DNA of 64,000 nt from Mustelus asterias (GCF_964213995.1 NW_027590191.1:310001-374000); one strand, 5' to 3'; shown: positions 10,997 to 22,749, numbered from the stretch's first letter. A program made the numbers and translations. Notes: a model not told the origin generated them from the letters alone.

Positions 10997-11189
10997 AAAG
11001 GAGCTGTGAAATTATTGGTTGAATTCAGGAAAACAGGAGCTTGAGTCGATTGGATGCCACGTGATGACGTTGTTGGCAATGAACCAATCAGCAGGAGCCA
11101 GGATGTGACTCAACTTCTCCCCATTTCTTGCCGCAAACAATTTCAGCTTCAACCAGCTCTGGTCAAATCCGTCCGAGCTCCCTTCAAAC

Positions 11190-12409
11190 ATGTCTCCTGT
11201 TACGCTGTACTTATTCCTCACAGCGTCAGCTCTTTTAACCCGTAGGTTCACAAGTTACTCAATTCTGTGTTTCACATCTTTACCACACATTATATTCTGT
11301 TGAGCTCAATGGGGTCAATGCAACGGGCGAGGGGTGGGTGATCGGGGAAATGGATTGATCCCAAATTCGAAAAGTCATTCGGATCTCGCTGGTCTCAAAA
11401 CAGAACACTGTTTGTTGGGAGTTGGCACATTTACCCCAGGGAATGAGAGAGGAATAGTTGGGCTGAGATTCAAACTCCTCTGGTGCCAGTGAATGTCTTT
11501 GCAAACGCCAGACTTTTAAACACAGAGAGTGAGCAGTTCCTGTTACAGTAACAGAGGAACTGATCTCGTTAGTAAGTGTGGAATGTTTATGATGGAAGTT
11601 TTATTCGATCACCACAAGCACCTTCCCGTTCCAGCGAATATACTGTGAAAAATATCTTTCTGTTCAGTTGTCTGATTTGTCTTTGAGGTTATTATTGTGG
11701 GCGGTACGGTGAGACAGTGGTTAGCATTGCTTCCTCACAGCTCCAGGAAACTGGGTTCGATTCCCGGTTTAGGTCACTGTCTGTGTGGAGTTTGCACGTT
11801 CTTCCCTCTGGTTTCCTCCCATTCCAAAGATGTGCGGGTTAGTTGCATTGGCCATGCTAAGTTTGAGAGTTTGAGACCCTTTGTGCCCTGGGATACGTAG
11901 GTTAGATGGATTAGCAGGGTAAATATGTGGAGGTACGGGGATAGGGCCTCCGTAAGATTGTTGTCAGTGCAGACTCGATAAGTCGAATGGCCTCCTTCTG
12001 CACTGTCGTGACTTTATGACTTTGTTGTTCAACATGGCGGGCAGATTCTGGGCCGAAACAGTCAAGTCGCATTGTGTAAGTTAATATTTATTTGTACCCT
12101 TACAGGACATTCCCGAGAAGATTCTGTTACACAGACACCGACTGCAGTCACTGTCACTGAAGGAGATGATGTTTGGTTGTTCTGTAATTATACAACGACA
12201 AGCAACCACATTTATCTATTCTGGTACCGTCAGTATCCCAGCGGGTCCATGGAGTATCTGGTGCAGACAAATAAATACACCGGGAACACAGACAGGTCTT
12301 CAGAGTACCGTTTTTCTGCGGAGCTCAATGATACAGCCCGCACCGTCCCACTGAAGGTGTCTAAAACAGAGCTGGCAGACTCCGTGGTGTATTACTACGC
12401 ACTGAGACC
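11190..12409 (+). pseudogene. TCR alpha/delta-type V segment, open frame but second Cys replaced by Tyr (leader 11190-11241, V exon 12106-12409)
   Basis: Leader MSPVTLYLFLTASALLT with a phase-1 GT donor; acceptor ttacag; DSVTQ...LFCNY...FWYRQ...DSVVYYYALRP. Confidence 0.88.
11699..12023 (+). mobile_element. HE1-type SINE in the V leader intron
   Basis: tRNA-derived head (ggcggtacggtg...gggttcgattccc) and HE1 core; absent from the paralogous intron. Confidence 0.85.
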
Positions 12410-12448
12410 CACAGAGACTCACAGCTGGGCTGAACCTGTACAAAACTG
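12410..12448 (+). other. 23-RSS
   Basis: CACAGAG - 23 bp - ACAAAACTG. Confidence 0.88.
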
Positions 12449-13364
12449 TCAGAGCCTCATTCAACATAACAGCGCATTAGACGAACGTTGTGATCAGAGT
12501 GAGTCTTGTTGGCATCTTAAAAATTTAATTCTAATACACTTTTTTATTATTAAATATATTACCAAACTAAAACAATGGGGGCAGTTTAGAGAATGGGCAT
12601 TAGAATATTTCTAGAGTTTGATCTCCCAAACTGTTTCCCTGTCACTGTGGGAAACACAGCAGCCAATTTGGCATCAGCGTGTCATTTCATTCAATAATAT
12701 TGTAGCGTTCTGACTGTTTCAATAATTGTGATTGGTGAACAGATATCAAGCAGGACATTTCGCCTACTCTTCTTGAAAACAGTGAACATGTGATATGTCA
12801 CCTCCACCTAAGAGGAAAGACGGAAGATTTCACAGGTCATCGAGAGGCTGGCAGCTCTGACGGTGCAGCATTCCTTGAGCACTACAGTGTCCCTTCGGGA
12901 AATTCCCGGATTCTCATTCCTGCCAGACTGCCGATGTCCTCTGGAGTGCAAAGAGTTTCTGAACAGACTGCAGACAGAACCCGGGAAATCAGAGGAGGTG
13001 GTGAACATTCATTAACCCAATTCGGGAGACAAACGGACTGAACTAAAGAAAATGAAATTAAAAATAAACTTTACTGGGACCGTGGAAGCATATGGACAAT
13101 GAAGTTAATCTCCAGAAAGAAATTTCACTCGAAAACAGAAGGAAATACTTTTATTGACAGTCTTTTACAGACTTCAGATATCCCAAAGCACTTTCTCACC
13201 CAAGGAAACTCATTTGTACTGTAGTCGCTGTGGTGATGTTAGGAACGTTATTAACACAAAAATCAGTGGGAATGTTTAATTCTCTGTCCAAAAGGGTTGC
13301 TACACTGATCCTGGAGTAAAGCCGTTGAGGAGTCCAGATATTTTCCGATTACTTTGAAATATCT

Positions 13365-13374
13365 CTCTCACACA

Positions 13375-13409
<35 letters not shown>

Positions 13410-13435
13410 TCACACACACACCGCACTCACACACT
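13365..13435. repeat. (CA)n microsatellite
   Basis: Visible CA tract. Confidence 0.9.
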
Positions 13436-13657
13436 ATCCTTCTCTTTATGATTCATTGAGGGACCACATTGATTAGAAATAATGTGCTAAACGTCTTATT
13501 CAAATTATCCAGTGACACTGAAATGCAATGATCAATAGAGTTCACTCTCTAAGTTCTCTGTGCCTCCATCCTCATCCTCCAATTACATACCCTGAGGTGG
13601 CACTAGTTGACCAGGGACTTAATTAGATTGGTGCATGATCATGCATGACAAAGTGCT

Positions 13658-13949
13658 AAGTTTAAAGATTATTTATTAGTGTGACAAGTAGGCTTACATT
13701 AACAATGCAATGACGTTACTGTAAAAATCCCCAAGTTGCCACACTCTGGCGTCTGTTGGGGTACACTGAGGGAGAATTTAGCATGGCCAATGCACCTAAC
13801 CAGCACATCTTTCGGACGATGGGAGGAAACCGAAGTACCCGGAGGAAACCCACGCAGACACGGGAATAACGTGCAGACTCCGCACAGACAGTGACCCAAG
13901 CTGGGAATTGAACCCGGGTCCCTGGCGTTGTAAGGCAGCAGTGCTAACC
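13658..13949 (-). mobile_element. HE1-type SINE
   Basis: Reverse complement of the HE1 head and core, with tail aataaataatctttaaac. Confidence 0.85.
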
Positions 13950-14849
13950 TGAGTGCTTTCTATTAACTCGTGCAATATCTGTGACGTGGGAACTCACCAG
14001 ATCTTGTCACCTGTCATTAGGCATATTGGAAGAATTTGCAGGCTGATAATCGGACCGGATCACTTCTCCTGTAAGTATAAAGCCTCGAAGTGGGTTTAAG
14101 TCCGAGAGCTTCTGGTCCAGAAAACCTGTTTCTGTGCCGGAGCTTCTGAAATTCACATATAAATTCTTGTCCGAAATGCACTGTGGTTTGCGGTGGCATG
14201 AAGACGCACAGATACCTCCTGTAAGTCCAGCTGTCACCTGTGACAGGGGTACTGACGGCTTTGCCGGTTTTAACGAAAGATGAGGTCTGGGACCGTCATC
14301 TGTGAAACAGCAATTCTCAATTTTGTTAACATTGCTGCATGATATTGCGGGATTTTTAGTGTAGCAGTTTATTATGGGTTTTATTAGTTTGATGATAGTG
14401 CTACTGCATCTGATAACTTTCTCATTATTATAATGTAGCTACATTTGCTGTTTAGTATTGATACCAGATCATTTGCCTCCGTTTCCGGAGGCGCCTGCGC
14501 CATTAGCACAGTACCTGTTTAACTGAGTCGATGGATCAATTTCATTTTAATAAACTCATACACCCACAACTGATAAGTCTGTGTTGTTCATTTCGAAAGA
14601 ACGTAAGCTTTGGACGCTGGCTGATAATCAAACAAGTATGCCAACCAAATTTCAATAAGCAAATGTATCAAAGAGTGAGTTATATGCTTCTACTGAGGGT
14701 TAATCTGCAAGTTTTATTACGATAAATAATAAAATATGTTTTAATTCCATCATATTACTCGCAAGAAGAACATTTTGTATCGGTATTGCTTGAATCATGC
14801 TCACCTCTAAAGTGATTGTGTATTGTGTCCACAGTCCCCATGTCGAGCG

Positions 14850-14882
14850 AGTTATTGTGCAGTATCCTTCTCTCTCACCGTG
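14850..14882 (-). other. Defective RSS (17-bp spacer)
   Basis: CACGGTG - 17 bp - ACAATAACT. Confidence 0.65.
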
Positions 14883-15163
14883 CCTCATTGCCCGGTAATA
14901 CACTGCAGCGTCTGACAGCTCAACCGTGTTAACAGGGAGAGTCGTGGAGCCTTTCTCACGGTCCACAGATACTTGAAACCTTCCCACAGCTGTTTCATCT
15001 CTGAATGTGGATAAAAGATACTCTGTAGTTTGATCGGTGAATTGCCAGTACGAGAATACAAAGTCACTTGCAGTGACAGTAATATTGTGATGAAGAAAGA
15101 TGATTTTTCATTGCTTTACCCGATACATCGATATCTGAACTGTCTCCGAACGACAAGGAACAG
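14883..15163 (-). pseudogene. TCR V pseudogene exon
   Basis: Acceptor gttttgacag; ...YWQFTDQTTEYLL...GRFQVSVDREKGSTTLPVNTVELSDAAVYYRAMR (Cys replaced by Arg); decayed 5' half. Confidence 0.75.
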
Positions 15164-15611
15164 CTGTCAAAACAAGAATAAAATCAGCATTAAGGTTTAT
15201 ACAGGGAAAATTAAATAAAGAGTCTGTGTACATAGACGGAAGTAATTAATCTGTGCGTCTATCTATCGATCTGTCTGCCTATCTGTGCCTCTATCCATTC
15301 ATCTAATTATTATCGACATTTTCATATTTCTATATTCTTGTTTAGAATTTTCTCTCGCACACCTATCTGCCTAGATATCTGAAAGGTAGTTATTCTTTCC
15401 TATCTGCATTTTACGTTGTGTGTCTAACAACGAATCAAAATAGATGACTGGATATGTTTCGCACATTGCATCTGTAATGACAGTTATAGGACGTGGTAAA
15501 TCTATCCAATTGGAGGTTAAACGTGGGATGTCCCAGCTTCTAGTATCACCGACATGACTTCCCCTGATTTGGGGAAAGTTTCAAAATGCTGTGGAGACAG
15601 GCCAGAGAACA

Positions 15612-15650
15612 AAATATTGTCCAGCTGGATCCGCTCTCTATCTCACTGTG
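15612..15650 (-). other. 23-RSS
   Basis: CACAGTG - 23 bp - ACAATATTT. Confidence 0.75.
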
Positions 15651-16076
15651 TCTGCTTCGCACAGCGATACATTCCGGAGTCCTGGGCAGCCGTGTCATCG
15701 ATAAATATGGTGCTGGAATTCTTTACTTGGCCAAAGGACAGTTTTGATCACATTCGATCACATTCCCATCGTAAATGGAGACGATAAATATCGCAGCCCC
15801 GGCAGCATTTGTCTGCACCAGGCCACAGAATAGCCAGATCCAATGGAGAGCTCACACATCAGTGCAACACATGTCCCTTCCCGAGACTCAACCTGCTCGG
15901 GGTGGGAGCTCGGACCCTGACACTGAACGGCTATGAAGGAAAATAATCACCCACAAATTGCACGGTATTAAGAGATTATTAGAAACGGCACATCTGATTA
16001 GAAAAATAAACTCACACAATATCAGCAGTAACAGAGCTCCAACAGGAAGCAGTTCTTTGCTTGGGTTTCGCTTCAT
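15651..16076 (-). pseudogene. Divergent V pseudogene (leader 16016-16076, V exon 15651-15930)
   Basis: Leader MKRNPSKELLPVGALLLLIL with GTGAGT donor; 85-bp intron; SVQCQGPSSHPEQVESREGTCVALMCELSIGSGYSVAWCRQ...(frameshifts)...DSGMYRCAKQ. Confidence 0.75.
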
Positions 16077-17764
16077 GATGATGAGGATGCACGAGAGGAT
16101 CAATCCGAGTCTGATTCCGAGACTGGGACTTGATGCCGAGTCCAGGACTCTGAATGGTGGGGAAGGGACTGGGAGGAGTGAGCTGTACTTTCTCCTCTTG
16201 AATGCGACATTGGAGGTCCATATTATCACCGATTGGGCTCTTATGGGATGTCGGTACCTGACGTTACTTACGGTGCCACTGAGCGATTAGTTGTTTCTCA
16301 AACCAGAGACTAATTGAACCGTCACTGCTTCCGAACTTCTTCCCTTCCTGTGTGTAGCAACAGCGTAAATTGTTTCACGAGGTTGGTGCTCTGTTCTCTT
16401 TCAAAATGAAAAGAGCCGTTCATAATCTTAGAATCGTTGTAGCACTAACAGAGATCATTCTGGCCATTGCTCACGTACTTCTGTATTGATGGATTATCCA
16501 CTTATTCTTGATACGCAACCTGCATTCAATAAATCTTATATTCTTAAAATTTCCGTTTGCGAGTCAAACAGTTATCCACCTGCCTCTGACAATTACTGGT
16601 AGTCTCTCTCTCTATTACAGATTGGCATGGACCATTGCAACCTCTCACAGTCGACTGCTCAAAACACAAAAGTCTTCTAATCGCTCCCTCCGTTTCATAA
16701 AGATCACCAGAAATGCCGCCATCCAGTCACGCACTGAGAGACCAGCCGATTAACTCTCTTTCTTTTCAACCTTTCTCAAACTTGATTGGATACAAATCTG
16801 CCAACTACTTCTGAGCAGAATTACTGCTCCATTGAAAATATCCCCAGTTGCTCAAGTCTCCGCTGAGCACTGTGCTCTCTCATCCCCACTGTGAGAGGAC
16901 TCCTTCCCAGTCTTTCTTACTCACTGTCTCTGAGGTTAACACGAATCGGTTGACGAGCCTCCGCTTAATATGGTGCTCGCTCATCCCCACTTCATCTTTC
17001 CCAGTAACTCTTCCACACTGTCACTGAGATTAACGCCAAAGGAACGAAAAGTCGCGACACGGATCTAAGTATTTGAACTGCGTTCTCAACAATGATGTGT
17101 ACAGCCTTACACGTGTCCCCTTGTGTTCTGAAATCTGCGTCCATGATAATAAACCTCAGGTGCTGTATCTGTTCAATGCCATCTGTAGCTTGTTCTCCGT
17201 TTTATATTTTAAAGCTTATTGATCATTGTCACAAGAAAGGTTACATTAACCCTGCAATGAAGTGAATGTGAAATCCCCCAGTCGGGATAATGAGTAAAGC
17301 CCAAATTTACCGGTCGGGCAACTTGCAGTGGCCGGTCTTTCGGTGGCATGTTTCAGAACATTCAACTATTTAAATAGCAAGTAAATATTAGTAATGTTAA
17401 AGAGAAAACACATGCTACTTTATTAAAGCTTCTCTTTATTTATGATTTAACCTTATCTTCAACCCGTTTATCACTCTCAGTGCTTTTCAGTCTCTTCAAT
17501 TTCCCTTTCGATAGTTCCCTCATTTTCTGTCCATCTCTCCTATGAAGATTGAACGGTTCTATTTCTATTTGCTGCTCGCTCATTGTGGTTTACATCTTCC
17601 TTCTTTTTTCTTCTCCATCTCTGTTTTCATCCATCTTCATTTCTGACGGAATTATAATAATTAGATTCTATATTTTATTTTGTGTTGTGTTAATGGACTT
17701 TTTATAATTCCATTCACTCTGCCGACACTCCGGACTCAGCAGAGCTGCTCTCGCAGTCTGTGCA

Positions 17765-17803
17765 TGTTTTTGTATGGGCTCACCCTATGTTTGTCACACT
17801 GTG
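17765..17803 (-). other. 23-RSS, near consensus
   Basis: CACAGTG - 23 bp - ACAAAAACA. Confidence 0.93.
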
Positions 17804-18136
17804 GCTCACGGCGCAGAGATAGGTGGCAGTGTCTGTAACTTTGGCGTCTCTCACAGTCAGGGCGCTGAATTTGCTGCCTCCGCCGATTAAGGCAGTGATC
17901 CTCTCGCGTTGATCGGTTTCTGTTCTGGCCATCACCAGATACTGGGGTGGCTGATTCGGAGACTGTCTGTACCAATATACGTTGCTAAATGTAGTGGTCG
18001 TGGTGCAGTTCGTGGATACGGTTCCCCCTTCACGAACAACCTTCCGCCGAGGAAGCTGCATCACCTCATCTGCTCCAGTCACCCCATTGCATGTCAGAGC
18101 GAAACACAGCAAAGAGAGTCTGTAAATTCGGAGCAT
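17804..18136 (-). CDS. TCR alpha-like V segment, intact, leader and V in a single exon
   Basis: ATG-initiated MLRIYRLSLLCFALTCNGVTG is contiguous with ADEVMQ...TNC...YWYRQ...DTATYLCAVS and abuts a consensus RSS. Confidence 0.9.
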
Positions 18137-18413
18137 TTTTCAGATCATATGAAATTTCTGCTGAAGCAGTTGTCCAGGGAGTTCAGATTAGAACCAGGAC
18201 CTGGGTTTAATATTCGGAAGAATTTACAAGGAGTCAAACGCCTGCTTCGTATCCAACTGAGGCGTCTATCTGTCGAACTGACCAAAGAAGCTGAGACTCG
18301 GGTTTTATCCGCCCACATTCACTGGCATCGATTCTACTGGAATCGGAGATGAAGAATTGAAGCCGGAATAAATAAACCCCATCAGTGACCCCATGTTTCC
18401 GGTTACAAATCTC

Positions 18414-19548
18414 TTCCCACATGGCAGGTTGGTTAAGAAGGTTAAGGCTCATGGGATACAAGGAGAAGTGGCTAGATGGGTGGAAAACTGGCTTGGCCAT
18501 AGGAGACAGAGGCTCGTGGTCGAAGGGTCTTTTCCGGCTGGAGGTCTGTGACCAGTGGTGTTCCGCAGGGCTCTGTACTGGGACCTCTGCTATTTGTGAT
18601 ATATATAAATGATTTGGAAGAAGGTGTAACTGGTGTTATCAGCAAGTTTGCGGATGACACGAAGATGGCTGGAATTGCGGATAGCGAAGAGCATTGTCGG
18701 GCAATACAGCAGGATATAGATAGGCTGGAAAATTGGGCGGAGAGGTGGCAGATGGAGTTTAATCCGGATAAATGCGAAGTGATGCATTTTGGAAGAAATA
18801 ATGTAGGGAGGAGTTATACAATAAATGGCAGATTCATCAGGAGTATAGAAACACAGAGGGACCTAGGTGTGCAAGTCCACAAATCCTTGAAGGTGGCAAC
18901 ACAGTTGGAGAAGGTGGTGAAGAAGGCATATGGTATGCTTGCCTTTATAGGACGGGGTATAGAGTATAAAAGCTGGAGTCTGATGATGCAGCTGTATAGA
19001 ACGCTGGTTAGGCCACATTTGGAGTACTGCGTCCAGTTCTGGTCGCCGCACTACCAGAAGGACGTGGAGGCGTTAGAGAGAGTGCAGAGAAGGTTTACCA
19101 GGATGTTGCCTGGTATGGAGGGTCTTAGTTATGAGGAGAGATTGGGCAGACTGGGGTTGTTCTCCTTGGAAAGACGGAGAATGAGGGGAGATCTAATAGA
19201 GGTGTACAAGATTATGAAGGGTATAGATAGGGCGAACAGTGGGAAGCTTTTTCCCAGGTCGGAGGTGACGATCACGAGGGGTCACGGGCTCAAACTGAGA
19301 GGGGCGAAGTATAACTCAGACATCAGATGGACGGTTTTTACACAGAGGGTGGTGGGGGCCTGGAATGCGCTGCCAAGTAGGGTGGTGAAGGCAGGCACGC
19401 TGACATCGTTTAAGACTTACATGGATAGTCACATGAGCAGCCTGGGATTGGAGGGATACAAACGATTGGTCTAGTTCGTCCAAGGAGCGGCACAGGCTTG
19501 GAGGGCCGAAGGGCCTGTTTCCTGTGCTGTACTGTTCTTTGTTCTTTG
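18414..19548 (+). mobile_element. CR1 LINE, 5'-truncated (RT frame 18548-19474)
   Basis: GVPQGSVLGP, KFADDTK; tail gtactgttctttgttctttg. Confidence 0.95.
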
Positions 19549-19777
19549 TGTCTAACTAGGAAACTGTTTCGTCCGATCGGAACTCTGACTGAACCCAGCA
19601 CGGGGTGAATCCACTCACTGGCAGACAGCTCACCAGCTACCAACCCCACAGCACCACCGCGGATACAGGGAAATGCAGTGAGAGCATCCCGAGACACGAC
19701 AGCAAAATATACAGGGTGAAGTTTGGAAAGGGTGTCTTCAAATATCCAACTCCACTTTTACAGAGCAGACAACAACG

Positions 19778-20235
19778 ATGCTGCTACTCAGCTTCTGGAT
19801 TGTGCGGGGCACATTCCTGACAGGGAATTATGGAAGAAACGCATTTCATATCTACTTTAATTTTACAACCTTGTTTTTGAACTGATTTTTACGTATTCAG
19901 TCGTTCTGATCTGTCTGCGTTCGAACATGTTTTTCAGATCTGAGTCATGGAGATTCTGTTACTCAGTCGCTGTCCTCAGAATAACAGACAGAAGGAGAAA
20001 CGGTGACTTTACACTGTACCTATGATACTAGAATGAGCAACTACAATTTACACTGGTACCGGCAACACCCTTTGTTACAATGGGGAAGAACTCGATGTTT
20101 GGTGAAGATGTAGCAGATTTTGCTGAAAGCCGTTTCTCTGGAGAACTTCAGGTATCGAGTAAATTCACCAGTTTGACCATCTCGGGTCTGCAGCTGACTG
20201 ACGCTGCCTTGTATTTCTGCGCTCTCGCTGAAACT
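19778..20235 (+). pseudogene. TCR V pseudogene, inverted paralog of the intact V at 24198-24652
   Basis: Leader MLLLSFWIVRGTFLT with donor GT changed to GG; exon from 19938 DLSHGDSVTQSLSSE* with a stop and a frameshift; ends DAALYFCALAET; RSS CTCAGTG-23-ATGAAAACT at 20236-20274. Confidence 0.88.
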
Positions 20236-21092
20236 CTCAGTGATGGAAAGCAGTCAGACTGCTGCATGAAAACTGTCTTTAACTATAGGTTGAAAACCCT
20301 GTCTGCTGCGGGTTGCTCAGAATCGCGGGCAGATGCAGCCATAATGTGACTGTCAGTTATGCAAGATTGCTCATTAACCTGTGATCAGTCCAAGTGTTTC
20401 CAGTATCCTGCCACTTCAATCATTGTGTCTCTATGAGTCTGTGTGATCTCTCAGTTGTGAGCTGGCTGATATCGAAAGGAAATCCTTCGAGCCGAGCTGA
20501 TTTCAGCACCTCGATAGGGGAACAGGTGCACTTTTCCGGATGGGGTTGCGGGGATGAAACCCTGCTCTGTTAATTAGCAGTTGCAAATTCTGGGTTGCTA
20601 ATAGTAACAAACATCATTGAGGAAACATTCTGAAGTTCACTGGTCATTGGGGGAATTCTGTGCTCAATGTCTATTTAAAAGATCACAGTCACTTCATTGT
20701 GAAATTTCTTCATTGTGTATACACTTTCTCGGAAGCAGCACATCTCTCGGATCAAATAAACCCAGTGACCAGGCCGCGGTGATAGACATCAGCAACCTGC
20801 CAGGGGAGATGGGGATCGAGTTGCTCAATATTAGAGACACGGAAACTGCATCCAAGGGCAACAAGTGAACTAACAAAATGGAATAGATTTAAGAAGATCG
20901 GCGATAGCACAAATGCAAGTTAAAATAAACTAATATAACTCCTCAAATGTTGCTCACCTCTTGTTGAGGTTGTGATTTTCTTCTGATCTCTTGGGAAGGT
21001 CCCTGTGACTCACATGGAGAGTGAATTATTGATTATGTTTATCAGCGTAAGACCGCCCTCTAGTGGTACCTAACTGGAACTCCCATGTGTGG

Positions 21093-21265
21093 GCTTATTG
21101 TCTGGGATCCGCTCTATCTCTGCAGCAGTGTGGGCTCCGTGGCACAGAGATACACGGCGGTGTCAGAGAGAAGCATCCCGGCAACATTAAAAAGAACAGT
21201 TTTATATCCTTTGCGCAAAACAGCAAGAACATCTGTCCGGTACATCTTGAAACGTATCTCCCGTG
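21093..21265 (-). pseudogene. 3' remnant of a TCR V pseudogene with RSS (same family as 40766-41276)
   Basis: ...LSDTAVYLCATEP, then CACACTG (21126-21132) - 24 bp - ACAATAAGC. Confidence 0.75.
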
Positions 21266-21497
21266 CCATATCTCTTCAATAATATTTATTTTAAATATTA
21301 ATGTACACAATAATCCGAACTGCAACTCCAGACAATATCTCCCATGGGGAATGGGTCACAAAATTCTTATTCAGTGCCTGGTGACAAATAGGCGAATGCA
21401 CCACGCGAGCACCTGTTGCAAATTTTCATTCCAATTTAGGAATGAAAGTTTGCAATATGGAATGAACAATGCTAATCCATAATGGCACTTCATCAAC

Positions 21498-21845
21498 GGG
21501 CGGCACTGTAGCACAGTGGCTAGCACTGCTGCTTCACAGCTCCAGGGACCTGGGTTCGATTCCCGGTTTGGGTCACTGTCTGTGTGTAGTTTGTGCATTC
21601 TCCTCGTATCTGCGTGGGTTTCCTCCGGGTGCTCCGGTTTCCTCCCGCAGTCGAAAGATGTGCGGGTTAGGTTGATTGGCCATGCTAAAAAATTGCCCTT
21701 AGTGTCCTGGGATGCGTAGGTTAGAGGGATTAGCGGGTAAATATCTCGGGATATGGGAGTAGGGCCTGGGTGGGATTGTGGTCGGATCAGACTCGATGGG
21801 CCGAATGGCCTCTTTCTGAGCTGTAGGGTTTCTAAGATTCTTTAT
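21498..21845 (+). mobile_element. HE1-type SINE
   Basis: Full head (gggcggcac...gggttcgattcccgg), core and CR1-like tail. Confidence 0.9.
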
Positions 21846-22433
21846 AACCGGATGCCAGTTCCAACCATCCAGTGACTGAACTTCCCCGAGACTCACAGAG
21901 GCCAGCGCCTGCCGTAAGTGCAAGTCACCACCAGATGGTGATATTGTATTACTTTCATCGCAAGATAGTGAAACTGCAGTTTGAATTCACAGCTGAGTTT
22001 GGTTTTCTTGATATCAGCTTGCCTGGAAGAGGGCAGCCCCAACATCATCACCACCATTTAAAAAGCAATTAGGAAATACAATACATTCTGGACTCAGCAA
22101 TGATGCCCACACTCTGTCAAATTAATTTTAAAATGGTTGTTTTGGAGATATCTTTGGTGTCTCGTCCCCCAGTGACCTGGAGTGGTGCGGAATTGCTATC
22201 AGTTTTACGCTGAATGAGCTGACCATATTTGGAGAGCTCCCTGATCACAAATACCATTCCAATAAATCTCCTTCCGGCCTGTCAAGGTCAGTTGTGTGCA
22301 GAGTAATATAGCATAGTGTTAAAGATACAAAAAAAATACATAACCTATTTGAATAAAACAGAAAAAATCCGTATCATTCATTCCTGGAATTATACTGTTT
22401 TTTCCGTTATCATCGCTGGGTCAGTATAGAATG

Positions 22434-22739
22434 GTAAGAAGTTAAAAAACACCAGGTTAAAGTCCAAATGGTTTATTTGGTAGCAAAAGCAACACAAGCT
22501 TTCGGAGCCCCAAGCCCCTTCTTCAGGTAACTGGGAATTTTGTTCACAAACAGGGCATATAAAGACACAGACTCAACTTACATGAATAATGGTTGGAATG
22601 CGAATACTTACAGCTGATCAATTGGGGCTCCGAAAGCTTGTGTGGCTTTTGCTACCAAATAAACCTGTTGGACTTTAACATTGTGTTGTTAAACTTCTTA
22701 CTGTGTTTACCCCAGTCCAACGCCGGCATCTGCACATCA
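22434..22739. mobile_element. Short Penelope-derived element with 80-bp inverted arms and TSD
   Basis: Arms 22434-22513 and 22622-22701; PLE terminus cccagtccaacgccggcatctgcacatca; direct repeat tcagtatagaatg at 22421-22433 and 22737-22749. Confidence 0.8.
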
Positions 22740-22749
22740 GTATAGAATG

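Larger units (their letters stand above)
9400..14700 (+). repeat. Segmental duplication carrying a V gene (paralog at about 42800-45714 plus 50070-50300)
   Basis: Colinear promoter, leader, intron, V exon, RSS and 3' flank; each copy carries different CR1/HE1 insertions. Confidence 0.85.

Noticed and set aside
20690-20990. Possible minus-strand exon or V relic (VALGCSF...ADVYHRG, cacaatg)
   Set aside because: No WYRQ, no YxC and no nonamer; too weak to call.
21512-21550. CACAGTG heptamers in HE1 SINE heads as RSSs (also at about 23640 and 42456)
   Set aside because: No nonamer at 12 or 23 bp; the heptamer is part of the SINE tRNA-like head.
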